Below, in pieces: positions 26,811-50,786 of a stretch of DNA of 64,000 bases (position 1 is the stretch's first letter; every line of letters starts with the position of its first letter). The stretch lies in the NCBI RefSeq assembly GCF_009914755.1, contig NC_060934.1. The stretch is one strand, 5' to 3'. Under the pieces are notes generated by a model that saw only the letters and a list, made by a program, of their open reading frames with translations, made no database searches and was not told the origin of the DNA. The position numbers and the translations under genes are program-made. This DNA comes from the human T2T-CHM13v2.0 reference genome, Homo sapiens.

Positions 26811-27678
26811 TTAGTCCAAGAACCATTTGCCTTGTGTGGGAAGAGATTGATAGGTGGAAACTTCAGTAGGAGAGTAAATAGGAGTGATCAATGAGAAGGA
26901 GAAAAACTGGCCATGAGGGACAGAAGTTGAAATGCTAGCTGCTTCTTTAGCTAACTTATCAGCATAAGTGCTGCCCTGAGCGATAGGATCTGATGCCTTT
27001 TGATGGCCCCTGCAGTGAATGACTCCAGCTTCCTTTGGAAGTAAAGCAGCTTTGAGAAGAGTTTTTATTAAAGAGGCATTAATGATGGAGGACCCTTGCA
27101 TAGTGAGGAAATTTCTTTCTGTCCATATAACAGCATGGTGGTGCAGGATATGGGAGGCATATTTAGAGTCACTATAATACTGCGAGATACAAGGAGAGGG
27201 CCCAAGTTAAGGCAATGAGTTCGGCTTGCGGAGAGGTAGTGGAGGCGGGCAGAGCGGTAGCCTTGATGATAGATGTGGAAGATACTATAGCATAGCCTGC
27301 CTTTGCTGGTGAGCGGCGATTAGTCCTGGTGGAACTGCCATCAATAAACCAAGTGTGATCAGGGTAAGGAACAGGAAAGAAAGAAATATGGGGAAATGGA
27401 GTGAATGTCAGGTGGATCAGAGAGACACAGTTATGAGAGTCAGGTGTGGTATCTGGAATAATGTGGGAGGCCGGATTAAAGTCTGGGCCAGGAACAATGG
27501 TAATTGTGGGAGACTCAACAAAGACTGAGTATAGCTGAAGGAGCTGGGGGGCAGAAAGTATATGCGTCAAGTGTGAGGAGGAAAATAGATTTTGAAAGTT
27601 ATGGGAACTGTAGAGAGTAAGTGGAGCAAAGCTTGTGATTTTGAGGGCCTCTAAAAGTATTAAAGCAGTGGCAGCCAC
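26811..27678 (-). pseudogene. HERV-H pol remnant (tether, RNase H, start of integrase)
   Basis: ORF fragments with WFIDGSS...AGYAIV...QAELIAL and GVIHCRGHQK; broken by stops and frameshifts. Confidence 0.85.
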
Positions 27679-28268
27679 CGCCTGCAGACATGAGGGCTAT
27701 GCTAAAACAGTAAGGTCAAGTTGTTTGGACAGAAAGGCTGCAGGGCGTGGTCCCCGCTCTTGTATAAGAATTCTGACCGCAGAGCCCTGTACTTTGGCTG
27801 TGTGTAATGAAAAGGGTTGGGATGAGTTAGGGAGAGCTAGTGTGGGAGCAGATTTTAGGGCTGTTTTTTAGGGAATGGAAAGGGGAGTGGGGAAAGGATT
27901 TAGGATTTATGGGGTCAGCTAGGTTTGTCTAGAACAGAATGGGTTGTGGAGGGAGGTATTGAGGATAGGAGAGTATATGGGTTTGGCACCACAGGGTGGA
28001 TAGGCAAGATAATTTGGCTGATAAGGCACAGATCCTGAACTAACTTGTAAGACCTGTCTGGTTTTTGGACAGGTAAAATGGGGGAATTTTAAGGAGAGTT
28101 TGTAGGCTTTACAAGGCCATGCTGTAACAGGCAAGTGATAACAGGCTTTAATCCTTTTAAAGCATGCTGTGGGATGGGATATTGGCATTGAGCGGGGTGA
28201 GGGTGATTAGGTTTTAATGGGGTGGTAAGGGGTACATCATCCGTCACCAAGGAAGGAGTAGAGGTGTC

Positions 28269-28649
28269 CTATACTTGTGGATTAAGGTGGGGAGATACAA
28301 GGAGAGGATGTGAAGGAGGCTTTGAACTGGGGGAAAAGGCGGCAATGAGGTGTGGCTGTAGCCCAGGAATAGTCAGAGAAGCAGATAATTTAGTTAAAAT
28401 GTCTCGACATAATAAGGGAGCTGGGCAGGTGGGGATAAATAAAAAGAAGTGCATAAAAGAATGTTGTCCAAATTGGCACCAGAGTTGGGGAGTTTTAAGA
28501 GGTTTAGAAGCCTGGCCATCAATACCCACAACAGTTATGGAGGCAAGGGAAACAGGCCCTTGAAAAGAAGGTAATGCAGAGTGGGTAGCCTCCGTATTGA
28601 TTAAGAAGGGGATGGACTTACCCTCCACTATAAGAGTTACCCAAAGCAT
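28269..28649 (-). pseudogene. HERV-H protease remnant
   Basis: VEGKSIPFLINTEATHS (catalytic DTG reads NTE), VVGIDG and PLLCRDIL motifs. Confidence 0.85.
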
Positions 28650-28689
28650 CCGTGATGGTCCAGGAGGCTTCTGAGGTGATCGGGCAGCG

Positions 28690-29945
28690 TCAGTCTTCAG
28701 CCGCTAAGCTGAGAAGATCTGGGAAGGAGTCAGTCAGAGAGCCTTGGGCCGGAGTTCCAGGGGCTCTGGGAGTGGCTGCCAGGTGAGTTCGACAGTCCAA
28801 TTTCCAGTGGGGTCCCGCACAGATGGGACATGGCTTAGGAGCAATCCCAGGCTGCAGGCATTCCTTGGCCCAGTGGCCAGATTTCTAGCACTTGAAGCAA
28901 TATCCTGGGGGAGATGGTCCTGGAGGAACGCCTGGCCACTGCAGTTCAGACGTTTTGAAGTTCTTGTGTGCTGGAGATGTGGCTGGGGTTTCTCTCACAG
29001 TGGAGGCAAGGAATTGCAACTCTGAAATACGTTGCTACTTGGCTGCCTCTATTCTATTATTGTACACCTTGAAAGCGAGGTTAATTAGGTCCTGTTGTGG
29101 GGTTTGAGGGCCGGAATCTAATTTTTGGAGCTTTTTCTAATGTCAGGAGCGGATTGGGTAATAAAATGCATATTGAGAATAAGACAGCCTTCTTCTGGGG
29201 TCTAGGACAATAAAATGTCTAAGGGTGGTTGTTGCCAAATGGGCCATGAACTGGGCTGGGTTTTTATATCTGATGGAAAAGAGCCTAAATGCTAACTGAT
29301 TTGGGACAGGTCAGATAAAGAAAAAAGGAGCATTAACCTTGATTATGCCTTTAGCTCCAGCCACCTCTTTAAGAGGAAATTGTTGGGTAGGTGGGGAAGG
29401 GCTAGTCGAGGAACGAAACTGTAAGCCAGACCGGGTGTGAGGAGGGGAGGTGATAGAAAGATTCTAGGGTTGGGGAGCAGAGGCTGAGGAAGAATTGGGA
29501 CCTGGCTCAGCCTGGCAAGGAGCAGCCTGGGGAGAAGGGGAAAGGTCAGATGAGTCTGTAGAAAAGAAGGATTCAAAGGACTCAGAGCTTGGGGTGGAGA
29601 CTGAAGGAACAGACAGGAGAGAAAGAAGAAAGATTTGGGACGAGTCTCATTGGGAGCAGAGACTAGGGAAGGACCAATGTGTGAAAGAATGCCTGGACGT
29701 CAGGCACCTCAGACCATTTGCCCATTTTTCGACAAAAATTATCTAGATCTTGTAGGACAGACAAATCCAAAGTGCCATTCTCTGGCCACTTGGAACTACT
29801 GTTGAGTTTGTATTGGGGCCAAGTGGTATTGCAGAAGAAAATAAGGCATTTAAGTTTTAGGTCAGGTGCGAGTTGAGGGTTTAAGTTGTTGAGAACAGAG
29901 GCTAAGGGAGAAGATGGGGGAATGGAGGGCGGAAGTTTGCCCATA
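28690..29945 (-). pseudogene. HERV-H gag remnant
   Basis: MGKLPPSIPPSSPL...LIFFCNTTWPQYKL...WPENGTLD...LDNFCRKMGKWSEV (MA-like), then disrupted. Confidence 0.8.
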
Positions 29946-30345
29946 GTGAAGGAGGTAAGTTTAAAGAGAAAGGTAGAGACACGAAGGGGGTGGGTGAGTA
30001 GCCCTGGGCTGCAATGTGGGTGAGCAGCCAAAGCAGGAGTCTCTGCAATTGACTTGCCACCAAGGGAATGTGGGTGAATGACCAAGGCAGGCGTCCCTGC
30101 AGTGATCAGACACCAGTGAAATGTGGGTGAATAATCCGGCATCCCCGCAGTGATTAAACACCAAGGGAAGACTGTTTTCCCAAGTCCGTGACTGGCGCCA
30201 GAGTTGTAGGTCCGCGGACAAAATGTGTCTCCTTTGTCTCTACTAGAGAGGAAAAAGAACTGGAATTGGAATGACAGGGAGATTGAAGGGTAGTGAGAGA
30301 GGAAGATTGAAGGGTAGCGAGAGGCTGGAGAAGAGTGAAAAGACA

Positions 30346-30354
30346 GCTTACCTG
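30346..30354 (-). promoter_or_regulatory. HERV-H leader splice donor CAG|GTAAGC
   Basis: Reverse complement of GCTTACCTG; near-consensus 5' splice site ~140 nt downstream of the 5' LTR. Confidence 0.7.
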
Positions 30355-30494
30355 ATTTGAAATTGGTGAGATGTTCCTTGGGCTGGTTGGTCTGAGGACC
30401 CGAGGTCACAGGTGGATCTCCTCACAGAGTAAGGGCGAGGACAGGGGACAGTTCTCCCGAAGGAGTCCTCCTGTCCTGGGTCTTTGGCACCAAA

Positions 30495-30852
30495 TGTCAC
30501 ACATGTCTGTGTGAAGAGGCCACCAAACAGGCTTTGTGTGAGCAACAAGGCTGTTTATTTCACCTGGGTGCAGGCGGGCTGAGTCCGAAAAGAGAGTCAG
30601 CAAAGGGTGGTGGAATTATCATTAGTTCTTACAGGTTTGGGATATGTGTACAAAGTACCTTCTTAAGGGCAGGGCGGGGAGAATATATCATATCAGTTGG
30701 GGTTGGGCAAGAACAAATCACAATGGTGGAATGTCGTCAGTTAAGGCTATTTTCACTTCTTTTGTGGATCTTCAGTTGCTTCAGGCCATCTGGATGTACA
30801 CGTGCAGGTCACAGGGGATATGATGGCTTAGCTTGAGCTCAGAGGCCTGACA
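30495..30852 (-). repeat. HERV-H 5' LTR, type II (LTR7B-like), 358 bp
   Basis: Single type II repeat; followed on the minus strand by PBS TGGTGCCAAAGACCCAGGA. Confidence 0.9.
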
Positions 30853-31224
30853 TACAGTTTCCTTGGATTCAGGTTTCTGAACTTTAGACTTGTTGCACAG
30901 AGGTGATATTTTCCTGTGAGAGAGTCCAGGCCTGGGGATTTCTGAGTATTTTGTTTTCAACCTTGTGGAAGAAGGATGAACTGCATTTCTCTCTGTCATG
31001 GGTTTTCTGGCCCTAGTTAGTGACCTGATGAGGCTGGGATCCAGGCACCTGGGTATGAGCCTTGAGCACCTCTGAACCTCAAACAAGAGCAGGACTCATT
31101 CCTGGGTCCTGACCAAAGTGGAAGTCTGCAGGATCTCTGGGGGAGGTCCTTGGACAGGAAAAAGCATCAGAAGTAAGCCATGCATCTCCTCAGGGCCTGG
31201 CCCCACGAACCCCTGAGAAGGGAT

Positions 31225-32892
<1,668 letters not shown>

Positions 32893-33309
32893 GGCTGCAG
32901 TGCTTGTCTGGTCATGCGTGTGCCTGTTGGTGTCAGAGTGAGCAGGAACTCTCAGGGAGCTGCATTTAGGGATTGCCCTGTCCTTCAACTTCTGCTTGGC
33001 CTTGGCCTCAACTGTCCTGTGCTGAGAGCTGGCTCCTGAGAAGACCCTGCACCCAGTGTAGTGCTTGGGTAGAGCTGACCTGGCAGAGGCCCTTAAATCC
33101 TGAAGTTTCCCACATGGCTCAAAAAGAAATCCCTCCAGAGGCCTCTAAGAATATGGATGTGTGGGCCAGGATTGAAGCAAAGACAACTACCTTCTCTTTC
33201 CCTTTGGGGAATCCTGGCACTGACCAGCCTGCTCTGTTCTGGGATTTGTCTTGTCAGCTGTGCATGTCTCATTTAAGGAGCTTGGGTCACTTCAGACAGA
33301 GGATACTCT

Positions 33310-33956
33310 TGTAACCACCCAATGGGTTCACTTTGCCCACTGCCTAGACAGAGCCAATTTATCAAGACAGGGGAGTTGCAATAGAGAAAAAGTAATTCAC
33401 ACAGAACGGGCTGTGCAGGAGACTGGAGTTTTATTATTACTCAAATCAGCCTCCCTGAGCATTGGAGGATCAGAGTTTTTAAGGACAATTTGGTGGGTGA
33501 GGGGAGGGCAGCCAGTGAGTCAGGAGTGCTGATTGGTTGGGTTGGAGATGAAATAATAGGGAGTTGAAGCTGTTCCTGGGTGGGGACCTTAGATGAGCCA
33601 CTTTATAGATCTGGGTGGTGCCAGCTGATCCATCAAGTGCAGGGTCTGCAAAATATCTCAAGCACTGATCTTAGGCTTCACAATAGTGATGTTATTCCCA
33701 GGAGCAATTTGGAGAGTCAAGTAGCCTCCAGCTGCATGACAATGGCAGGGCAAGTCCCCAGGCAAGAAGGGAGTTTGTTTTGGGAAAAGGCTGTTAATCA
33801 TCTTTGCTCTAAACTATAAACTAAGTTCCTCCCCAGAATTAGTTCAGCATACCCCCAGGAAAGAAGGGGGACAGATTGGAGGTTAGAAGCAAGATGGAGT
33901 TGGTTAGTTCAGATCTCTTTCACTGTCTCAGTTATAATTTTGCAGTGGTGGTTTCA
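33310..33956 (-). mobile_element. LTR8-like solo LTR, TSD CTCT
   Basis: TGTAACCACCCAATGGGTTCACTTTGCCC...ATAATTTTGCAGTGGTGGTTTCA; CTCT at 33306-33309 and 33957-33960. Confidence 0.85.
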
Positions 33957-34346
33957 CTCTCCCCCTACCACTTCCATGGCTGAAGGGCCTGTGATGTCAA
34001 GTCTGGGGGAAATGCTGCTGGACCAGGTCACACAGGCTCCTTCTAGCGAAGGATTTCTTCCACACCATGGTCTGAGCTGAAAGATGATTCAGGAGTACTT
34101 TGCATTTCTGGAAGGAGAGGATGCAATTAGGCAAATCCTGAAAATGAGATACATGTCATCAATACTAAAGACTGTGTATCTAAGCTAAGTCCTGCAATGC
34201 TGGGGAAACATTTTGCTTTGTTTAAAAAAAAAAGTGCTTGGGCCTCGGAAGGGCCAGGATGTGGAGTGGAAAGCTCAGGGTCAGATGGGCTTAGGTGTGC
34301 ATCTCATGCTTTGTGAGGTTCATGCATTAAAATGATACCACAATAA

Positions 34347-34610
<264 letters not shown>

Positions 34611-34751
34611 TGATCCACCCACCTCTGCCTCCCAAAGTGCTGAGATTCCAGGCATTAACCACTGCACCTCTTCATCCCCATTAGGACAGTTATTATTTTT
34701 ACAAAGTGTTGGTGAAGATAATAGAGAAATTAGAACTCTCATACATTGCAG

Positions 34752-35578
<827 letters not shown>

Positions 35579-35619
35579 GCAGGTGGGGATATAAAAAGAT
35601 GAGCTGCTATGGAAAATAG

Positions 35620-35796
<177 letters not shown>

Positions 35797-36098
35797 TAGT
35801 AGAGACAGGGTTTCTCCATGTTGGTCAGGGTGGTCTCAAACTCCCGACCTAAGGTGATCCGCCTGCCTCGGCCTCCCAAAGTGCTAGAATTATAGGCATG
35901 AGCCACTGCATCCAGCTGAGAGTTTCTTAAAAAGTTAAATATAGCATTACCATATTATTCAGCAAGTCACTTCTGGGTAGAAGCTCAAAATAATTGAAAG
36001 CAGGCCGGGCGCAGTGGTTCACTCCTGTAATCCCAGCACTCTGGGAGGCCGAGGAGGGCGGATCACCTGAGGTCAGAAGTTCAAGACCAGCCTGGTCA

Positions 36099-36359
<261 letters not shown>

Positions 36360-36632
36360 TTAATGGGTGAGGGGTTTTTGGAATAAGGAAAAAATTCTGA
36401 AAATGGATAGTGGTGATGGTTGAACAACATCGTGAATGTACTTAATGCCACTTAACTGTACACTTAAAAATGGTTAAAATGAAGGCCAGACATGGTGGCT
36501 CACACCTGTAATCCCAGCACTGTGGGAGGCTGAGGCAAGCGGATCACCTGAGGTCAGGAGTTCGAGACCAGCCTGGCCAACATGGAGAAACCCCATCTCC
36601 ACTAAAAATCTCCAATAAAAATTAGCCTGGTG

Positions 36633-36938
<306 letters not shown>

Positions 36939-37034
36939 TTAATAAAATTCATATTATGTATATTTAATCACAATAAAAAAGATATCAATCCTTTCATTGT
37001 AGTTTTCTTGGGGATTTGGGAAGAGTGAAATTAG

Positions 37035-38276
<1,242 letters not shown>

Positions 38277-38920
38277 TAGTTGCAAGCAAAGCATCCGGAA
38301 CCAACTCCAACAGGTTTAAGAAATGGAATGTATAGAATGAATACGAAAAAAACTGGAAACTCAGGCCTGGGAAATAGGTCCAGGGGAAGCTATGCAGCCA
38401 GAGTACAGCAAAAATTATGCCATAAAATGAGACCAGTGATAGGAAATAGGGCCAGTGCTGCAACTACTTGGTGTCAACAGGGGACCCGGGACATCACTGC
38501 TGGACCCACTGTCAGCCCTGGACTCCCTAACATTTGTTCCAGGACATCTCCACTGCCCTACAACGTGGATGGTGCCCTTGCTGTGGTTGATCATCCTAGA
38601 AAGGATTCTTTGCAATACAAGATCCCAGTTCAGATCTGGGCAGGATGCAGTTGATTGGTCAAGGCTGTATTATAGATGCCCATTTTCTATGTGCAAAAAA
38701 GCTGGAAAAGCAAGTGTCTGGTCTTACGGCTTCTATAGTTGAAGATTAAGGTCTTGTCTCCCAACAAAAGGCAGCCTTAAAAGTCAATACTCCATTTCAC
38801 CCATCTTCACTGATATTTTCTCCAGCCTCCTGAGTTACTGTACTAATCACTGCCCAGACATTACATTTCCTTGTAGTGCACAGCAGAGTTCCTGAAGATT
38901 TAAAGAAAAAAATCAACTGA

Positions 38921-43790
<4,870 letters not shown>

Positions 43791-44351
43791 CCTGCATAAT
43801 TTAGAACAGTTGTCTTACTGAAGTCTTCACCCATCTCTGGGTCTATTCCCTCTTGGTGAACTTGGTCCTGTACTTCAATAGCTTTCTCACAGTCATCTAT
43901 CAATATTATGCCTTCAGTTTCCACCAGAAGACTTCATTTTTTGCTCCATAAGTTATTGGTAATCAAGTTTTATATCCCTCATCTTATTTGAAATATCGGT
44001 TGAATTCACCATTTTATATGTCTTTCAAAATATTAACTTACTTTTTCTTTTTGGGGGCTTAATTATTTTTTTCTGGTGGAGCTGTATCTATCCATTAGAA
44101 AAACATGACCTATTAGCATAAAAGTGAAGTCGAAAGCTTGTTTTGAGCTTAAAAGCTGAGCTATTCATTGAGTGCTCCACTGTCAACTGAGATGTAGGAG
44201 TATTTCCCGAACTGGTTGCACAGCCACGGGACCCTTAGGCAGAGAGCCCTGCTCCTGAACCCACAGAGTCTAAGGCCACAACTGGCATTGCCTCCCCGCC
44301 AGCACCCATGCTGGGCAGATGCTTGCCCAGTCTCTTTTTGTTGTCTTGGAG

Positions 44352-44573
44352 CAGGGGTCAGTAAACAACAGCCTGTGGGCCAAATCTGGCCTGCTGCCTT
44401 TTTGCAAATAAAGTATTATTGGAACACAGTCACATCCATTCTTTTACATATAATTTATGACTGCTTTCATGCCACAGTGGCAGAGCTGGGCAATTGTAAT
44501 AGAGATCAAAAGGCCTGCGAAGCCTAAAATATTTAGTATCTGGCCCTTTACAAAAAAAGTTTGCCAAGTCCTG
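44352..44573 (+). mobile_element. MER58A-like hAT-Charlie MITE
   Basis: CAGGGGTCAGTAAAC...GGCCAAATCTGGCC...AGTTTGCCAAGTCCTG with imperfect TIRs. Confidence 0.85.
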
Positions 44574-44735
44574 TTGTGGAGAACTGGAACTGTGAAGGAA
44601 GCTTGGTAGTTTCCTCTTTCTAGGCTGTTCCAAAGCCCTAACCTGGCATGAAGGGGCCAGCTGGGGTGTGGTCATGGCCCTTCTGGCTCTTTCATCCTGG
44701 CTGATTCCCATTTCCTACTTGCTAACAAAGAACAG

Positions 44736-45545
<810 letters not shown>

Positions 45546-45816
45546 AGAAAATACAGATACCAAAGTGGCTGTGCCCAAAGATCCTCAGGGTGGAGAGTAT
45601 GATTTCCAGAAAAAGCAAAACAAAACAAAAGCAAAAATCCTCTGGAAACATCTAGTTGAAGAGGTCTGAGTGTGCATTTCTGTCTGTGTGATCCTGGCCA
45701 ACCTCCCTCTACTCACAGAGGTTCAAGGTGCCTATCTGTGAGGCTGAAATGATATGGCTGGCCTCCTCCCTGACCTGGGGAGGGGCACGTGACTCAAAAG
45801 ACGTTCAAAGATATAG

Positions 45817-47412
<1,596 letters not shown>

Positions 47413-48499
47413 TCATCGTATGATTGGTTACACCATAGTTTAACCAGTCTACTGTTGATGAACTTTTATGATTTTTCAATTAGCCTATATAATAAATAAT
47501 AATACAAGGAACATTCTGGCATATTTATTTTTGGTTAGTTGTGCAGATGTTTCTACAGGGTAAATTTCAAGATGTAGAATTGCTTGATTAAAGAGTATGC
47601 ACATTCAAGAATTTTGAAACTACCGTCAATTGAAAGATCGTATAAAAGTACTTGTCCAGTCACAGAAGGTGAGGGCCAGTTTCACCTCAATAACAGTGGG
47701 CATTCTTAGTCTTTGTGAATTGTATTTTTCACATCTTTTGCTCATTTTTCCATTGGAGTACTAGTTTTTTATTTAGTAAAAAAATTAGAAAAAAATTAGA
47801 AAAATTATATAGAAAAGAAAAGAAAAAAGAAGTAGTTGGGGCAAAGGCAGGGGACAGAAAGGGCTTTATCTTTATCTCCCTTAATCCCCATCAGCTCCCC
47901 TCTGGCCATCCTCCTTCCCTCCTCTCATCAGTATTCAAATACATAATTACATAAAATTTCTGTTGTTTAGCAGTAAAATGTGTAAATAAAAGTGTCTTTG
48001 GAAAGCTCCAGTTTGTGCACGATTTCAATGGAAAGGTTGTGCGTGCTATTTAAATATAGGTGGGAGGAAAGCCCCTCAGGCCTCCTCTGGAGTGGCGGTC
48101 GGCTGGAGGGGAGCAATCCCTCTAAAAGGTAACCTGGATCCCCAGCCATGGTGGGCAAGCCTAGCTCTGGGGTGGGACACTGGTGGAGGGAATGTGAGGA
48201 GTTTCCCCGTCTGTAGCAAACCCTCAGATCCATGAGACCCTGTGTGCCTTCCAAACACCCAATCACCTGTCACCAGCATCACTTGTAAATGACAAAAGGA
48301 GGTGCAGAGTATCTGCTTGAAATGCCACACCCAGCCCTGGCTTGCAGCCTCACCAGTGAGGACCTGGGAGGAGAAAAGAGGTGCACCCTACTGGTGATGG
48401 GTGTGCGAGCAACGGTCTGGCCAACCCTTTGCTCATCTCCTGGGCAAGCTTGAAGCCCCTAGTTGCAAACGTCAGTCAATCCATCTCCTTAGTTGGATT

Positions 48500-48683
48500 G
48501 ACTTAGTTACAGGATGAAACTTCCTTGTTCTGGGAGATAGATAAGAGCTGTGTTCCAGAGAAGGAGTGCAGTTGGCCTGGGAGCAGAGGAGCAGCCCTGG
48601 GAGCAGAGGAGCAGCCCTGGGGCACGGGGAAGGGAGGAGAGGATCCTGTGTTCCTAGGAAGGATGTGTATATTACAGGGTGAT
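48500..48683 (+). repeat. Dispersed direct repeat, copy 1 (184 bp including a 20-bp internal duplication)
   Basis: Matches 50623-50786 except for two substitutions and the 20-bp duplication. Confidence 0.95.
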
Positions 48684-50349
48684 ATATTGTGCTTTGTTTT
48701 GAGAAGAAGATTTTAGTTTTACGGTGCGGATGTGGGTTTCAACACCATAATGGGTTAACTTCTGCACAGAAAATTTGAAAACTAGAGGCTTTGCTCCATC
48801 TTCAAAAATTTAATGAAAATGTATCTACTAGGTATTAAATCACTTCCCTGCTGCAAAGCTCAGCCCATCAGATTTTACAGAAGCTGTGGAGGATGAATTG
48901 TGTTCCAAGGACAGAGATGTATTCTGGCTTTCCACTGGGCCCAGCCACAACCTGAAGCCGGCAGAGGAGAGTCCTTCTCTCCCAGGTGTCCCCCACACCT
49001 GCAGGACACAGGGTGTGCCTTCAGGTCAGTCAAAAGAGGTCCTTTAAACTTTTTCATTTCTCAATATATTTGTTTAGACAGAAGACCCTTTTTACAGATG
49101 TAGTCACTGAGCCCTGAGGGCTGCCGTACCCAGGCCAAGGTCATGTGGACTTGAGGCCAGAAGGCACAGCAAGAGGACAGGAGGCCAGTTGTCTTTCTTT
49201 GGCACTGGAAGACTTCCCAGTGTTCTGGTTGTCCTAACACCAGTGTCTCTCCTCCATGTCCCTTAGCTAAGTGCTTTAATGGAGACAGAGCAACCCAGGA
49301 TAGCCACACCAAAGGCCCTGGCCTCAGAGGCTCAGCCTGCTGCTGGCTGGGGAAGGTGGCTGACAGAGGCTTCCAGCCCCCAGCTCCCTACAGGTCGCTG
49401 TCCTATGGACTGGGCCAAACCTCCCTGGGCACACCCCACCCCTACCTCCCACCCAAACCAAGTGCGCAGTGCCCTGAGAGCCTGCACTGTGAGAGACAGC
49501 CTGAACTAGAATGGCCTGCTGAGCACTCTAACATCAAGACTCAATTGCTGCCTCCTCCCCGGGCCCCTCAGCGGGAACCGGTTGTTCTTGTGCTTCTATT
49601 GGAGCAACTAATTACATCTATTATTGGAACAATTAATTTGTTGTCCATGTGACTGTTCCACTGTGGGCTCCTGGAAGGCAGGACCTATTTCATGTACCTC
49701 TTTGTAACCCTAGATGGAAAGCAACTTGCCCAGCACAGGAGGGCCCAAGTGACGCTTTTCCCGTGCCACCCCTTCTCTGGGCAGTTTCCTTTAGGCGTGG
49801 TCCCCCTCCTGAGGCACCACAGTGCCACCCAGTGGCAGAATTGCAGTACTGAGCTCTCCGGGGAGGGCTCTTCTGCCCCACACCCTGCTGGGGGCTACTT
49901 ACAGCAGGGGTTGAAGGCGAGTAAGGGGTCACCGTCCTGGCAGGGCCCTCCTGCATGCCACAACTAAGGTCCAAATGGGGTTGAAATGGCAGAGAAACAC
50001 AGCCAGTGCCTTTGTGGGCTCCATGTATTGCGGTATCTGCCTGAGGCTCATGCGGTTTCTCTCCCTGTCCTTTTTTTTTGTAGAGACAGAGGTATCCCTA
50101 TGTTGCCCAGGCTGGTCTTGAACTCCTGGGCTCAAGCAATCCTCTCACCTCGGACTCCCAAAGTTCTGGGATTACAGGCATGAGCCACCCCGCCCAGTCC
50201 TAGTTTGTATTATTATTCCTTAGAGAACAACACTGCTGGAGGCAAGGGGCATGTCTGATCCATTTTATCCTCACAGGCTGGTCTGTGGCAAAAACTTAAA
50301 AGTACTGCATCTATGCAATGCATAGGAACAGCCAGCCTTTGATTGGGTC

Positions 50350-50510
50350 TTAGCAGAGGGAGTCAGGGTGAAGCACATAGGGTCTGGCATGAGAAGACCT
50401 CCATCCCAGTCCTGCCTGACACTTTCTCACTGTGTGGCCGTGGGCATGTCCCACCCTTTTCTGGGCCTCAGTTTCCCCATTAGTAAGTCAAAGGAGTTGC
50501 ACTAGACTGT
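50350..50510. mobile_element. MIR fragment (L2 fragments and a FLAM at 50070-50198 nearby)
   Basis: CTGTGTGGCCGTGGGCATGTC...CTGGGCCTCAGTTTCCCCAT MIR core. Confidence 0.65.
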
Positions 50511-50622
50511 TACAAGGCTGCTCTGATCCTCCTGGGACCTCAGGACTCCTGATCTCAGAGGATGGCCTAGTTTTTCTTCTCTGAACCATTCCTACCCTCA
50601 AGCCTTTTCCTCGGATTGGCAA

Positions 50623-50786
50623 GACTTAGTTACAGGATGAAACTTCCTTGTTCTGGGAGATAGATAAGAGCTGTGTTCCAGAGAAGGAGTGCAGTTGGCC
50701 TGGGAGCAGAGGAGCAGCCCTGGGGCATGGGGAAGGGAGGAGAGGATCCTGTGTTCCTAGGAAGGATGTGTCTATTACAGGGTGAT
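50623..50786 (+). repeat. Dispersed direct repeat, copy 2 (164 bp)
   Basis: GACTTAGTTACAGGATGAAAC...TATTACAGGGTGAT. Confidence 0.95.

Larger units (their letters stand above)
25435..30852 (-). mobile_element. HERV-H provirus, 5.4 kb, deleted RTVL-H-type structure, two LTRs, TSD TACAG
   Basis: TACAG at 25430-25434 and 30853-30857; both LTRs start TGTCAGGCCTCTGAGC on the minus strand; PPT GAAGACAGGAA abuts the 3' LTR; gag, pro and RNase H remnants present. Confidence 0.97.

Noticed and set aside
29663-30409. 248-aa ORF as an intact gene
   Set aside because: It is HERV-H leader plus the start of gag and terminates early; gag, pro and pol are disrupted and the protease lacks its catalytic Asp.
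48500-50786. The 164-bp repeats as LTRs of a novel TRIM-like element
   Set aside because: No TG..CA termini, PBS, PPT or outer TSD, and the spacer contains much older repeats.
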